From Candidatus Nomurabacteria bacterium (GTDB taxonomy: Bacteria > Patescibacteriota > Saccharimonadia > Saccharimonadales > JAGQNJ01), in contig CP060231.1 in the NCBI GenBank assembly GCA_023898625.1, positions 212,258-276,257 of the forward strand: DNA of 64,000 nucleotides, read 5' to 3'. Each line of letters opens with the position of its first letter. The stretch's first letter is position 1. The position numbers and the translations under genes are program-made. Of this stretch, positions 34,545 through 43,634 are shown one piece after another. The notes under the pieces were generated by a model that did no database searches, was not told the origin of the DNA, and saw only the letters and a program-made list of their open reading frames with translations.

Positions 34545-36602
34545 TTATTTTGAATTCAGTAATTTTGCACGTAATGCCGCAAAACGTTCTTGTTGGTCTT
34601 TTTCAATTTGTTCTGGAGTTTTTTCTGCAGATTTTTTGTTAGGGTTGTTCTGTTTTTCATTGTTGCCACCTTGTTTACCGCCAACAACATTAACAACCGG
34701 TATCACAATTGGCGAACGCTGAGTCTGATCATATAAATAGTGAGTGACGTGGTCTTTGAGCTCTTGTTTGAATCTATCGAGATCTACCCTCTTAAATCGC
34801 TGAACAACGGCTCGTCTTAATTCTGTGCGCAAACCATTCATTAACTCTTCTGAATCGCGAATATAGATGAACCCTCGTGTCAAGATGTCAGGGCTTGTTA
34901 GTAGTGTTCCGGTCTTGCGGTCAACGGTTAATACAACAGCCATCATTCCCTCACCAGCTAATATTATTCTATCCTTTACAACAATATTACTGACAACGGA
35001 ACCTGTTTGGTCAACAAGCAAACTGCCGTGAGGCACTTGTCCAACAGGCTCAACTTTATTTTCAGAAATCAAAAAACTATCACCATTATTTGCCAAGACT
35101 GTAGACTCACGCTTCCAACCTTCCTCAATAGCCAGTTCAGCATGGTATCGTCGCCTTAGCATACCGCCATGAACTGGAATAATGAACTTAGGACGCACAA
35201 GGTTAATCATATCTCTCATCTCATCTCGTCGAGCGTGCCCCGATACGTGCAATGGGCCACAGCCATCCACCTCGTGGGTTGGGTGACGATATAAATGTAC
35301 TCCAAGCTTTGCAAGATTATTTCCAATGGCGTCATATCTAACCTCGTTACCAGGAATTGGCGAAGAACTTACCACTACTGTATCTCCAGGCTTAAGTTTA
35401 ATGTATTGATGATTGCCTTCGCTCATCCGCTGTAAGGCAGCGTTTGGCTCGCCCTGACCACCGGTACACATTACCAATAGTTGCTCATCAGGCACATTTG
35501 TAGCATCTTTCATAGCCATAATAGTACCTTTTGGTACCTTTAAAATACCTTGACGGACAGCAATTTCAGCATAGGCCATCATGCTTCGTCCATCTAGGGC
35601 AACCTTACGCCCTGACTCAACCGCCGAGTTAATAATCATTTGGATACGGTTCATATTGCTTGAAAAAACTGCACAAAATATACGCCCTTGAGTATTTTTA
35701 ATGATATCGTGAAAACTCTGTTGTAAAGTATGTTCGGTCGGTGTTCGTCCTTCGGCATCTGAATAACTACTCTCTGTTAGAAGCAGTAAAACGCCTTCAT
35801 CGCCCAACTGTTTAAGTCTCTCTGTGTCACTTGGTTTGTTATCTAATGGTTCTGGGTCTAGTCTAAAATCGCCAGTTGCAATAATTCGCCCAACTGGAGA
35901 ATCAATCACCACAGAACTAGCATCGGGTATAGAGTGTGTGATTCTTAATAATTCTACAAAAAAGTTTCCTATCTTTAATCTTTCATGACCATCCATATTC
36001 ATTACCACAGTTTTTGGCTCAAAATGCTCTTGACCGGCCGGCACATCATCAAATGTCTTTTCTACAATTCCGATAGAGTATCGAGATCCATATATAGGGG
36101 CTGGGAACTTCGGCACGATGTGCTTCAATCCACCAATATGATCCAGATGTCCATGAGTTATTACATAAGCTTTTATTTTATGCCTGATGCCCTCTAGGTA
36201 TGTTGGGTCAACAATTTCATAATTAATACCTGGCAAATCAACCCCTAGGTTATTTCCACAATCTAGAATGATTGCGTCGTTTTGATACTCAATGATGGTG
36301 CAGTTTTTTTCGCCAACGTCCTCAAGCCCACCCAAAAATGTTATCTTCAACTTGTCAAAATCATCAACTATAGTGTTAGCTCTTGGCTTTAAGCCTGGCT
36401 TTTGAGACGCAGAGGTATATTGATCTATCATTTTTTGCGCATCATCAAGACTACGTTTTTGGGCGCGTATTGCGGCGCCCCTTGATGTACTGCGCCCTCC
36501 ATTCGTTGGTTTATTTGATTGTTTTGGGTTTCTTTTAGGATTATTATTTATAGTTGGTCTCGTTTTGTTATTTTGTTTATTATTTGGTTGATTTTGGTTC
36601 AT
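34545..36602 (-). CDS. rnj: ribonuclease J (beta-CASP metallo-beta-lactamase) with basic low-complexity N- and C-terminal extensions
   Basis: 'VITHGHLDHIGG', 'GDFR.D', '..HVSGHA..' and a beta-CASP layout. The first ~50 aa are N/K/P/Q-rich. Confidence 0.9.
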   Translation of the reverse strand: MNQNQPNNKQNNKTRPTINNNPKRNPKQSNKPTNGGRSTSRGAAIRAQKRSLDDAQKMIDQYTSASQKPGLKPRANTIVDDFDKLKITFLGGLEDVGEKNCTIIEYQNDAIILDCGNNLGVDLPGINYEIVDPTYLEGIRHKIKAYVITHGHLDHIGGLKHIVPKFPAPIYGSRYSIGIVEKTFDDVPAGQEHFEPKTVVMNMDGHERLKIGNFFVELLRITHSIPDASSVVIDSPVGRIIATGDFRLDPEPLDNKPSDTERLKQLGDEGVLLLLTESSYSDAEGRTPTEHTLQQSFHDIIKNTQGRIFCAVFSSNMNRIQMIINSAVESGRKVALDGRSMMAYAEIAVRQGILKVPKGTIMAMKDATNVPDEQLLVMCTGGQGEPNAALQRMSEGNHQYIKLKPGDTVVVSSSPIPGNEVRYDAIGNNLAKLGVHLYRHPTHEVDGCGPLHVSGHARRDEMRDMINLVRPKFIIPVHGGMLRRRYHAELAIEEGWKRESTVLANNGDSFLISENKVEPVGQVPHGSLLVDQTGSVVSNIVVKDRIILAGEGMMAVVLTVDRKTGTLLTSPDILTRGFIYIRDSEELMNGLRTELRRAVVQRFKRVDLDRFKQELKDHVTHYLYDQTQRSPIVIPVVNVVGGKQGGNNEKQNNPNKKSAEKTPEQIEKDQQERFAALRAKLLNSK

Positions 36603-36631
36603 TAACTTCTTCTCCTTTTTTAAAAATGAAA

Positions 36632-37237
36632 TTAAACTTCTAGTAAAACTTTTAGGATATGTCTAAAGTCGTCAAAAAGAACACTTTGCATACTCCTGTT
36701 ATATAAGGCCATCGCTGGATGATATAAAGGCAAGACTGTTATATTAATACCTTTTTCTTCGCCAGTGTCGGCTGTGATCGGCCAAAAAATACGATGAGCC
36801 TGACCGTGAACTTTGCCTATCTGCAAATCTGGTAAGAAGCAATTCATACTATGTCTACCTAGTGGGATGACTATTTTGGGATGAATTACCTCTATTTGGG
36901 CTTGCAAATATGGTAAGAAGGCTCGTTTTTCTGCTGGTAAAGGATCGCGATTATTAGGTGGTCGATACTTAACGATGTTGGTTATATAAACATCCTCTCT
37001 TGAAAGACTTATTGAGTCTAGCATCTCATCAAGAAGCTTACCTGATGCTCCGACAAATGGCTTGCCTTGTAAATCTTCGTTTTTGCCAGGTGCTTCACCA
37101 ACAAAAACCAAATCAGCATCTGGATTACCACTTCCGAACACTAGCTGAGTCGCCCCTTTTGCTAATTCCGGACATATATTATCGTCAACAATTGACGAGG
37201 CAATATTATTTAAGCCTTGCTGTTTGTTTTGTGCCAT
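36632..37237 (-). CDS. uracil-DNA glycosylase, family 4/5 type
   Basis: '[31 protein letters not shown]' (GEAPG motif), '[10 protein letters not shown]' and 'LYHPA'. Confidence 0.85.
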   Translation of the reverse strand: MAQNKQQGLNNIASSIVDDNICPELAKGATQLVFGSGNPDADLVFVGEAPGKNEDLQGKPFVGASGKLLDEMLDSISLSREDVYITNIVKYRPPNNRDPLPAEKRAFLPYLQAQIEVIHPKIVIPLGRHSMNCFLPDLQIGKVHGQAHRIFWPITADTGEEKGINITVLPLYHPAMALYNRSMQSVLFDDFRHILKVLLEV

Positions 37238-37458
37238 AACTTTTTAACGAACAATCTGATAGCTTGTACCAGATGATAAATCCCATAAAATAAACTAAAG
37301 ATAACTAGAAGCCATTGTAATGTACTGCCAGTATCCACCGCAACCCAAAAAAAGCTATAACCAACAACCCAAACAATCATCATTAGAACTAGATGCCCCA
37401 CAGAGCTATCATAAAATCGGAAAGCTCTGTTATATTTTGAATATTGCTTAGTGGACAT
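37210..37458 (-). CDS. small two-TM membrane protein
   Basis: 82 aa with two hydrophobic helices. It lies between pnp and the UDG gene and overlaps the UDG start by 28 nt. Confidence 0.45.
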   Translation of the reverse strand: MSTKQYSKYNRAFRFYDSSVGHLVLMMIVWVVGYSFFWVAVDTGSTLQWLLVIFSLFYGIYHLVQAIRLFVKKLWHKTNSKA

Positions 37459-37467
37459 ATACTTCTT

Positions 37468-39600
37468 TTATTTCTTCTTTTCTCGAGCAACTGCCTTCAT
37501 ACTTAATTGTAACCGACCACGGTCATCAATTGCCACTAATTTAACGTCTACCTCATCGCCTTCTTTAACGACGTCACTGGGTTTATTAACCCGCTCTTCC
37601 TTCATTTCGCTAACATGAACTAGGCCCTCGTGTCCTGGCATGATCTCTACGAAAGCACCAAACTCTAATACGCTAACTACTCGACAGTTTTGATAGATCT
37701 TTCCAACTTCTGGCTCAGCGGTTAAACTTTTAACCCAAGCTACCGCAGAATCTATGGATTGTTTATCTGGGCTGGCAATCATTACAGTACCATCATCTTT
37801 GATATCAATTTCGGCACCAGTCTCGGCAATTATTTTATTTATTGTTTCTCCACCCTTTCCAATAACATCACGAATTTTATCTGGATTAATCTTGATTGCT
37901 TCTACACGAGGTGCATATTTACTCATCTCTTTTGGACTGTTAATGGTTTCTAGCATATGTTTTAGGATGTGGCTTCGGCCGACTTTTGCCTGCTCCAGCG
38001 CACTAGCTAGTACCTTAACAGATAAGCCATGAACCTTCATATCCATCTGAAGTGCCGTTATACCCTTTTCTGTTCCGGTAACCTTAAAATCCATATCTCC
38101 CGCAAAATCCTCAGCATCAGCAATATCACTCAATATAACCGGCTTATCACCATCCATCATTAGCCCCATGGCAATACCGCTAACTGGTCGCTTTAGTGGA
38201 ACACCAGCATCTAGCAAGGCCAAGCAACTAGAACAAGTAGCCGCCATTGAAGTAGAGCCGTTCTGGCTCATAATTTCGGAAACCGAACGAATGGCATATG
38301 GGAATGTAGCCTCGTCTGGCAAAACCGCAACCAAAGCCCTTTCGGCAAGTGCACTGTGTCCAATTTCTCTACGCCCTGGACTACCTAACCTACGAACCTC
38401 ACCAACTGTATATCCAGGTGCGTTATAGTGATGCATGTAACGCTTTTCTTCGTCCTTTTCCATGGTGTCAATCAACTGAGCATAGCTAAGAGGAGCCAGG
38501 GTCACGATATTCATAGCCTGAGTTAATCCACGCGTAAATAAACTTGAACCGTGAGCTCTAGGCAAAATTCCAGTTTCGCTAGACAAAGTCCTAACTTCGG
38601 TTAATGCACGACCATCCGGACGAATTCCTTCTTTAATAATTCCTTCGCGTACGTCTTTATGAATCGCCAATATAAAAGCATCATCATATTCTTGACGCTG
38701 TTCCGCAAAAACTTCTTCTCCAATTTCTGCGATAAAATGCTCACGCATTTGATCCCGTAAATCATTTACTAGATCATTTCTCTCTGGATATGGTGCGCGA
38801 AGCTGAGCCCCTAACCTTCCTTCTAGCCAAGTTGCTACACGTTCTTGTATGTCGCTATCTGGTAAACTTAGCTCAAATTCTTGAGCAACTACACCCACCT
38901 TCTTTGCTAACTCCTCTTGAAGTTCAATAGCTGGCTTAATAACCTTGCTGGCGTACTCCAGGGCACTTAATAGTTCTTCTTCGGTGACCTCGTTCGCTCC
39001 AGCTTCAACCATCATAACAGTATCTTTTTTGCCCGCCACAACCAAATCTAGTTTATTATTCTCTAGCTCTTTAGCACTCAAAAAGGCCTCAGGTTTACCA
39101 TTTTTAAAACCAACTCTCACACCCGCAACTGGACCATCAAATGGCGCACCAGTTAACATAAATGCTGAACTTATAGCTAACATTGCTATCATATCTGGCC
39201 TAAAGCTAGGATCCATACTCAAGACAGTAGCCACACCCTGAACCTCGTGTCTGTAACCCTTTGGCCATAACGGGCGAATCGGTCTATCTATTAATCGACC
39301 GATCAGAATTGCATCTTCGCTTGGGCGTCCTTCTCTTTTTATAAATCGTGAGCCACTGATCTTTCCTGATGCATACATTTTTTCTTCGTAGTCAATACTT
39401 AAAGGAAAGTAGTCAAAACCTTCAAGTGGCTTATCACCGACCATTGCTGAAGCAAGAACTACGGTATCACCATAACGAGCAATGACAGAAGCAGTAGTTC
39501 TAAACCCAACTCTGCCTACCTCCAGGCTAAGCTTTCGGCCACAAAACTCTGTTTCTACTTTTATTATTTTCTTTCCTGTTGGGTTAATTGTTTGTCCCAT
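37468..39600 (-). CDS. pnp: polyribonucleotide nucleotidyltransferase (PNPase)
   Basis: 710 aa with two RNase PH domains, a KH domain ('IRDVIGKGGETINKI') and an S1 domain ('GKIYQNCRVVSVLEFGAFVEIMPGHEGLVHVSE'). Confidence 0.95.
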   Translation of the reverse strand: MGQTINPTGKKIIKVETEFCGRKLSLEVGRVGFRTTASVIARYGDTVVLASAMVGDKPLEGFDYFPLSIDYEEKMYASGKISGSRFIKREGRPSEDAILIGRLIDRPIRPLWPKGYRHEVQGVATVLSMDPSFRPDMIAMLAISSAFMLTGAPFDGPVAGVRVGFKNGKPEAFLSAKELENNKLDLVVAGKKDTVMMVEAGANEVTEEELLSALEYASKVIKPAIELQEELAKKVGVVAQEFELSLPDSDIQERVATWLEGRLGAQLRAPYPERNDLVNDLRDQMREHFIAEIGEEVFAEQRQEYDDAFILAIHKDVREGIIKEGIRPDGRALTEVRTLSSETGILPRAHGSSLFTRGLTQAMNIVTLAPLSYAQLIDTMEKDEEKRYMHHYNAPGYTVGEVRRLGSPGRREIGHSALAERALVAVLPDEATFPYAIRSVSEIMSQNGSTSMAATCSSCLALLDAGVPLKRPVSGIAMGLMMDGDKPVILSDIADAEDFAGDMDFKVTGTEKGITALQMDMKVHGLSVKVLASALEQAKVGRSHILKHMLETINSPKEMSKYAPRVEAIKINPDKIRDVIGKGGETINKIIAETGAEIDIKDDGTVMIASPDKQSIDSAVAWVKSLTAEPEVGKIYQNCRVVSVLEFGAFVEIMPGHEGLVHVSEMKEERVNKPSDVVKEGDEVDVKLVAIDDRGRLQLSMKAVAREKKK

Positions 39601-39784
39601 GATTAATTATTTCTCCTTAATCACCCTGTTTGATGCATTGTGCAAATATACGCGCTCTTGTGCAACTGAATACTGCATATATCTGATGCAACACATCAAA
39701 CTGTATTTAGATTATTGAATTTATTTTGATATTAATGTGCACAAGCTCCTTCGCTCAGTTATAGCGAAGCAAAGTCTATGCAAA
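39601..39784 (-). promoter_or_regulatory. structured rpsO-pnp intergenic leader (possible processing/autoregulation site)
   Basis: A 7-bp hairpin CTTCGCT/AGCGAAG (39749-39755 / 39763-39769) sits just after the rpsO stop and lacks a U-run. An outer 8-bp stem GTTTGATG/CATCAAAC (39628-39635 / 39694-39701) encloses ~58 nt that carry four TGCA repeats. An SD AAGGAG lies before the pnp ATG. Confidence 0.4.
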
Positions 39785-40051
39785 TTAGCGTCTTAATCCT
39801 AATTTTTTAATCAAAGCAAGATACTCAGCGCTATCCTTTTTAGCAATATAAGCCAAATGACGCTTGCGCTTACCTACCATCTGCAGTAGTCCACGACGTG
39901 CCATATGATCTTTTTTATTAGTTTTTAGGTGCTCAGTAATTTCTTCTATTCGTTTAGTAAGTATTCCAACCTGCACAGCTGAACTACCAACGTCACTTTT
40001 ACTTTTTTGCAAATCCTTAATAATCTTTTGCTTATTATCTGATGTAATCAT
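39785..40051 (-). CDS. rpsO: 30S ribosomal protein S15
   Basis: 'GSSAVQVGILTKRIEEITEHLKTNKKDHMARRGLLQMVGKRKRHLAYI'. Confidence 0.95.
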   Translation of the reverse strand: MITSDNKQKIIKDLQKSKSDVGSSAVQVGILTKRIEEITEHLKTNKKDHMARRGLLQMVGKRKRHLAYIAKKDSAEYLALIKKLGLRR

Positions 40052-40088
40052 AAATTCCTTATTTAACTTATTAGAACGATGGCGTTAC

Positions 40089-41210
40089 CTAAGATAATAC
40101 CATACTCTCATCTGTAAAGCAAGATAATGTATCCGTCCATAACATTCTGGACTCCTGTTGGCTTAATTGTAACACTTCTAGTAAGTACTGCATTGGACTT
40201 TTTAAACCAAGTCCATAATGTGGTCTTTTTGTGTTATACCATATACACCAGTCCATCAATGAATTATTGAAATCCTCAAGGTCATAGGCTAGATTATCTA
40301 GGTTCCAGTCTATAAACTCTTCTTGGATGCTACGGTTAAATCTTTCAACCATTCCGTTATTCTTAGGTCTTTTGGGATAGTTCCAGAGCTGTTCAATGTT
40401 TCGTTCATCACAGGCTCTTATGAAGTGTTTGTAGAACTCACTACCATTGTCATGATGCACTCGTCTGATCTCAAATGGGGTAACAGCTTGCAGTTTGTTC
40501 AGGAAGTCTGCTGCGTTGGTACTACTGGGGCTAGTATAGCCATAGGCAAAGCCGAATCTACCTTTGTAATCTACTGCTGTAAGTACATAACGGCGTATAC
40601 CGTTTATAAACTTAACAATAGTGTCTATCTGTAGCATATCTCCTGGTTGCTCAGGCTGATAACCATTCCTGCGTTGTTTATTGAGTCTTGGCTTACGACT
40701 TTGTTTCTCAAGTAGTTTGCCGGTAGCACCTGAAACGGTTAACCTGGTATATTTTGGTAATAGGCCTTGAAACTTAAGGTCTTTGAGGATTCTACCTACG
40801 GTAGATGCCGAAGGTGGTTTTAGATTCCAAGCTGTACACTCATCTTTGAGTAATACGGCTAGCTTATCTTTACTTAGCTTAGGGTGTAAGCTTCTTTGTT
40901 CTAGAATAAAGTTAGTAATACGCATATCTACCATTCGCTTGCGTTTGTGTTTTGGTGCAGTGCTCTTTGGAGCTAAACATCTGAGTGAGCCATTGTTATC
41001 CTTTAGACGCCTCTTCCAGCTGAACACAGTGCTCCTACTTACGCTAAAAGCTTGTCTGGTGGCTTGTTCCCCGAAATCATCATAGAACTGAATTATCTTG
41101 AGTCTTTGCTCAATTACATGTTTATATGGGTGTTGGGTTATGTCTTGTATAGATCTCATAGTCTTACGAGCATAACCCCTCAAGAATGATTCAGTATATA
41201 TCTGTTGCAT
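40089..41210 (-). CDS. DDE (rve/integrase-core) transposase, IS481-family-like, single ORF
   Basis: An N-terminal HTH region, then the catalytic triad context 'LQIDT..', 'HHDNGSEF' and 'NGMVERFNRSIQEEF'. 373 aa. I could not identify the terminal inverted repeats by eye. Confidence 0.8.
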   Translation of the reverse strand: MQQIYTESFLRGYARKTMRSIQDITQHPYKHVIEQRLKIIQFYDDFGEQATRQAFSVSRSTVFSWKRRLKDNNGSLRCLAPKSTAPKHKRKRMVDMRITNFILEQRSLHPKLSKDKLAVLLKDECTAWNLKPPSASTVGRILKDLKFQGLLPKYTRLTVSGATGKLLEKQSRKPRLNKQRRNGYQPEQPGDMLQIDTIVKFINGIRRYVLTAVDYKGRFGFAYGYTSPSSTNAADFLNKLQAVTPFEIRRVHHDNGSEFYKHFIRACDERNIEQLWNYPKRPKNNGMVERFNRSIQEEFIDWNLDNLAYDLEDFNNSLMDWCIWYNTKRPHYGLGLKSPMQYLLEVLQLSQQESRMLWTDTLSCFTDESMVLS

Positions 41211-41215
41211 AAAAA

Positions 41216-41254
41216 GACTCCTTCCCAGCTAGCTATCGCTAGCCTTCAGGAGTC
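41216..41254 (-). promoter_or_regulatory. hairpin sequestering the transposase Shine-Dalgarno
   Basis: The minus strand reads GGACTCCT-GAAG-GCTAGC-GATA-GCTAGC-TGGG-AAGGAGTC-TTTTT-ATG. The 3' arm contains the SD AAGGAG and the T-run abuts the start codon. Confidence 0.55.
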
Positions 41255-41363
41255 CAATATGTTTCTGAACTTATGCAGATAATTATTAGTATTCGACGCT
41301 CCAAGACTAATACTTGTTTAAGTTTATGATGCCCGGCAATACAAGCTTGTAAATGAAATAATG

Positions 41364-41990
41364 TCAGCCAATTTGATATCGGATGATAACAATCCCTGAA
41401 GCCCCGGCACCACCAGATAGATTAAGTCCTCCGCCCGACCCACCTGATCCTGGAGTAGCTCCATCGATACCAGAAGAACCGGAACCACCGGCACGACCAC
41501 CATTTCCTCCTACGGCGTAGGTTACATTATTTCCGTTAATCAAAATCGTCAATCCTGAACCACCAATTCCGCCCGACCCATTTGTTGCATTGCCACCTAC
41601 AGAACCAGCTCCACCACCGCCGGATGCCCCATTATTGCCTGAGCCGGCATTTGATGCACCGCCTCTACCCCCACCTCCACCAACAATTAGATATTCTACG
41701 GTAAGATTATTCTGCAGGACTTCGAACGACCCTGAAGATGTAAAAGTATGTACGCGCCACATTACGCCACTGACATCTATATCCGTGATCGTTCCACCTG
41801 TTGCCCAAACTACTGGTTGCCAGAGCTGATTGCCACCAACCATGATTTTTTGTACCAGTCTTTGATTTATACGAAAAGATTGTGCGTCATTATTACCGCC
41901 TGTGTTGTCGATAATCATATACATGGTAGCGGGGTCAGGAGAGCCAATATCCACCCATTGTGTTCCGTTCCATATTTTTCAAGTACTCAT
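41364..41990 (-). pseudogene. glycine-rich tail-fibre-like protein, paralogue 2, interrupted by in-frame TGA at codon 4
   Basis: ATG AGT ACT TGA AAA ATA TGG AAC GGA ACA CAA TGG GTG translates as [12 protein letters not shown]. It aligns codon-for-codon with paralogue 1 ([13 protein letters not shown]). The rest (track ORF 41364..41954 from a GTG) shares 'WRVHTFTSSGSFEV..VEYLIVGGGG' and the C-terminal 'GIVIIRY'. Confidence 0.55.
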
Positions 41991-41998
41991 TTGAAATA

Positions 41999-42907
41999 TT
42001 ATGCTAGAGGGTATCTTATAATAATCACTCCCGCTGCTCCTGGGCCAGGCGAGCCGCCTTCCCATCCACCACGTCCTCCTCCACCCCCACCGCGATTGGC
42101 AATTGCGGGTGTCCAAGAATGACCGCCATTTCCAGCACCAGAACCACCACTGCCCCCAGCACCCGATCCACTCCAGGTTCCGCCACCTCCACCAGAGCCA
42201 TAGACCACAGTTGCCCCTGATATACTAGAAGAGGTCCCAGCTGCGCCATTTCCTCCCGTGCCTCCAGATGCCGGTGAGCCTGCGGTCGCTCCAGCACCTC
42301 CTCCACCCCCACCCGATGGTGCGCCACCAGAAGCCGTTGAGTTGGATCCGCCACCACCACCGTTATCAGTCCCAGAAACAGCTCCATCACCACCTTTCAA
42401 TGACGTATGAATTGTATCGAATACTGTATTTGAAGCCACTGCAACGGAACAATTATATATTCCAACATTTAATATTGTAGTTGAAGAGTACACATCGCCA
42501 CCAGAACCTCCACCAGCGCCACGGCCAGCAGAAGAACCTCCACCATTACCTCCTCCACCTACACAAAGATATTCCACGTTAAGGCTTGGTATGAGAACTT
42601 CGAAATCTCCAGATGTAGTAAAGGTATGGACTCTATATGGTGTACCAGCTACGTCTATGATGGTCTCTGTACCGCCAGTTGCTTGCTGGGTAGGTGTCCA
42701 TAATTCATTTCCACCAAACCATACACCAGAACCAAGCTTGCCATTGACCCGAAAGGTCACTAAATCGCCAGGAGTTGCGTCATTTGCTACAAAATAGAGC
42801 TTACTGGGGTCAACTGCACCAGCAGAACTAGTCACAATCTCGATGTCATTAATAGATGCCCCGATTTGCACCCATTGTGTGCCATTCCAAATCTTGCGGG
42901 TGCTCAT
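41999..42907 (-). CDS. glycine-rich domain protein (phage tail-fibre-like), paralogue 1
   Basis: 302 aa. The N-terminus is '[16 protein letters not shown]' and the core is '[14 protein letters not shown]...[16 protein letters not shown]'. Long G/S/A tracts follow, and it ends '[10 protein letters not shown]'. It forms an ATGA overlap with the upstream gene. Confidence 0.65.
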   Translation of the reverse strand: MSTRKIWNGTQWVQIGASINDIEIVTSSAGAVDPSKLYFVANDATPGDLVTFRVNGKLGSGVWFGGNELWTPTQQATGGTETIIDVAGTPYRVHTFTTSGDFEVLIPSLNVEYLCVGGGGNGGGSSAGRGAGGGSGGDVYSSTTILNVGIYNCSVAVASNTVFDTIHTSLKGGDGAVSGTDNGGGGGSNSTASGGAPSGGGGGGAGATAGSPASGGTGGNGAAGTSSSISGATVVYGSGGGGGTWSGSGAGGSGGSGAGNGGHSWTPAIANRGGGGGGRGGWEGGSPGPGAAGVIIIRYPLA

Positions 42908-43305
42908 GGACTTGTATCTTCCCAGATATCACCGTCAACTAGGGTAAAGCCTTCGGTTACTGGGTCTACTGATCCTACAAAAATTCGTGCATTTGGTTTC
43001 TCGACATAATCCCCACCTTCGTAAAACCATACACGCGAAGTTCCGCTGTCTCCGGTTGCGCCTGTAGCTCCAGTAGCGCCAGCTCCAGTAGCGCCTTGTG
43101 GTCCAGCCGGTCCGGTTGCCCCAGTATCTCCTGCAATACCCTGTGGTCCAGTTGCTCCCACAGGACCTGTAGCTCCTGTGACTAACATAGGGGAAATCGC
43201 CCCCGGTTTTATGCTTCCATCAGAATCGTGTGATACCGCTAAATACTCGTTGAGGATATCACCCCATTTACCACGATCTTGGCCTGGTATTGGTAATCTT
43301 GGCAT
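42904..43305 (-). CDS. collagen-like (G-X-Y repeat) protein
   Basis: 133 aa. The N-terminus is '[22 protein letters not shown]'. Then come 10 uninterrupted G-X-Y triplets ([30 protein letters not shown]), a GA interruption and four more triplets, followed by a ~45-aa C-terminal globular part. Confidence 0.7.
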   Translation of the reverse strand: MPRLPIPGQDRGKWGDILNEYLAVSHDSDGSIKPGAISPMLVTGATGPVGATGPQGIAGDTGATGPAGPQGATGAGATGATGATGDSGTSRVWFYEGGDYVEKPNARIFVGSVDPVTEGFTLVDGDIWEDTSP

Positions 43306-43352
43306 TAGTTTACGTTTACAAAATTAGGTATTTGCACTCTGCTATTCATGTT

Positions 43353-43574
43353 CTACTTCCACAACCCCATATTTGATTTATCACTGGTTCCGCCATAAGC
43401 ATCACCACCATACCCTAATGTGCTCACCTTAGAGCTTGATTTGCTAAAAATATCACTAAGATTTTTTAATAATGACGTTACTCCAACAACAGAAAGTATT
43501 CCAGCACCAACCAATCCCAAAAACTCAGTTCTGGTCATTTCTTTTTGTAAAATATCTTCTACGTTTATTTTCAT
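43353..43574 (-). CDS. small membrane-anchored protein, first gene of the fibre-like operon
   Basis: 73 aa. 'TRTEFLGLVGAGILSVVGVTSLL' forms one hydrophobic helix, and the tail is Gly/Ser-rich. An SD AAGGA lies upstream. Confidence 0.45.
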   Translation of the reverse strand: MKINVEDILQKEMTRTEFLGLVGAGILSVVGVTSLLKNLSDIFSKSSSKVSTLGYGGDAYGGTSDKSNMGLWK

Positions 43575-43634
43575 ATACTATCCTTATGCTTATGCTACAA
43601 TAGACTGTATACTAGTTAATAGAATTTGTAAATA

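Noticed and set aside
34338-34553. Track ORFs in the rnj-downstream gap (34040..34222 plus and 34338..34553 plus) and ORF 4269..4502 plus.
   Set aside because: They are AT-rich translations dominated by I/L/F/Y/S. They have no SD and are oriented against the local transcription units. 34040..34222 overlaps the promoter and start of the 105-aa gene.
41979-41981. TGA reassigned as a sense codon (code 25 / code 4-like), as in some CPR lineages.
   Set aside because: TGA ends several conserved genes at their expected C-termini and in ATGA overlaps, for example at 10036-10038, 47752-47754, 42904-42906 and 60736-60738. The aligned residue in the paralogue is Arg, not Gly or Trp.
42025-42393. Alternative-frame and antisense ORFs inside the glycine-rich genes (42025..42393 minus, 41590..41829 plus, 41748..42122 plus, 42268..42480 plus, 42591..42797 plus).
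   Set aside because: These are frame shadows of GGN/GCN-rich repeats. They translate into implausible His/Pro/Val low-complexity strings and are fully nested in better-supported genes.
41364-42907. The two glycine-rich paralogues as a template/variable-repeat pair of a diversity-generating retroelement.
   Set aside because: There is no reverse transcriptase or accessory gene in the window. The paralogues differ throughout, rather than at adenine-specific positions within a short C-terminal variable region.
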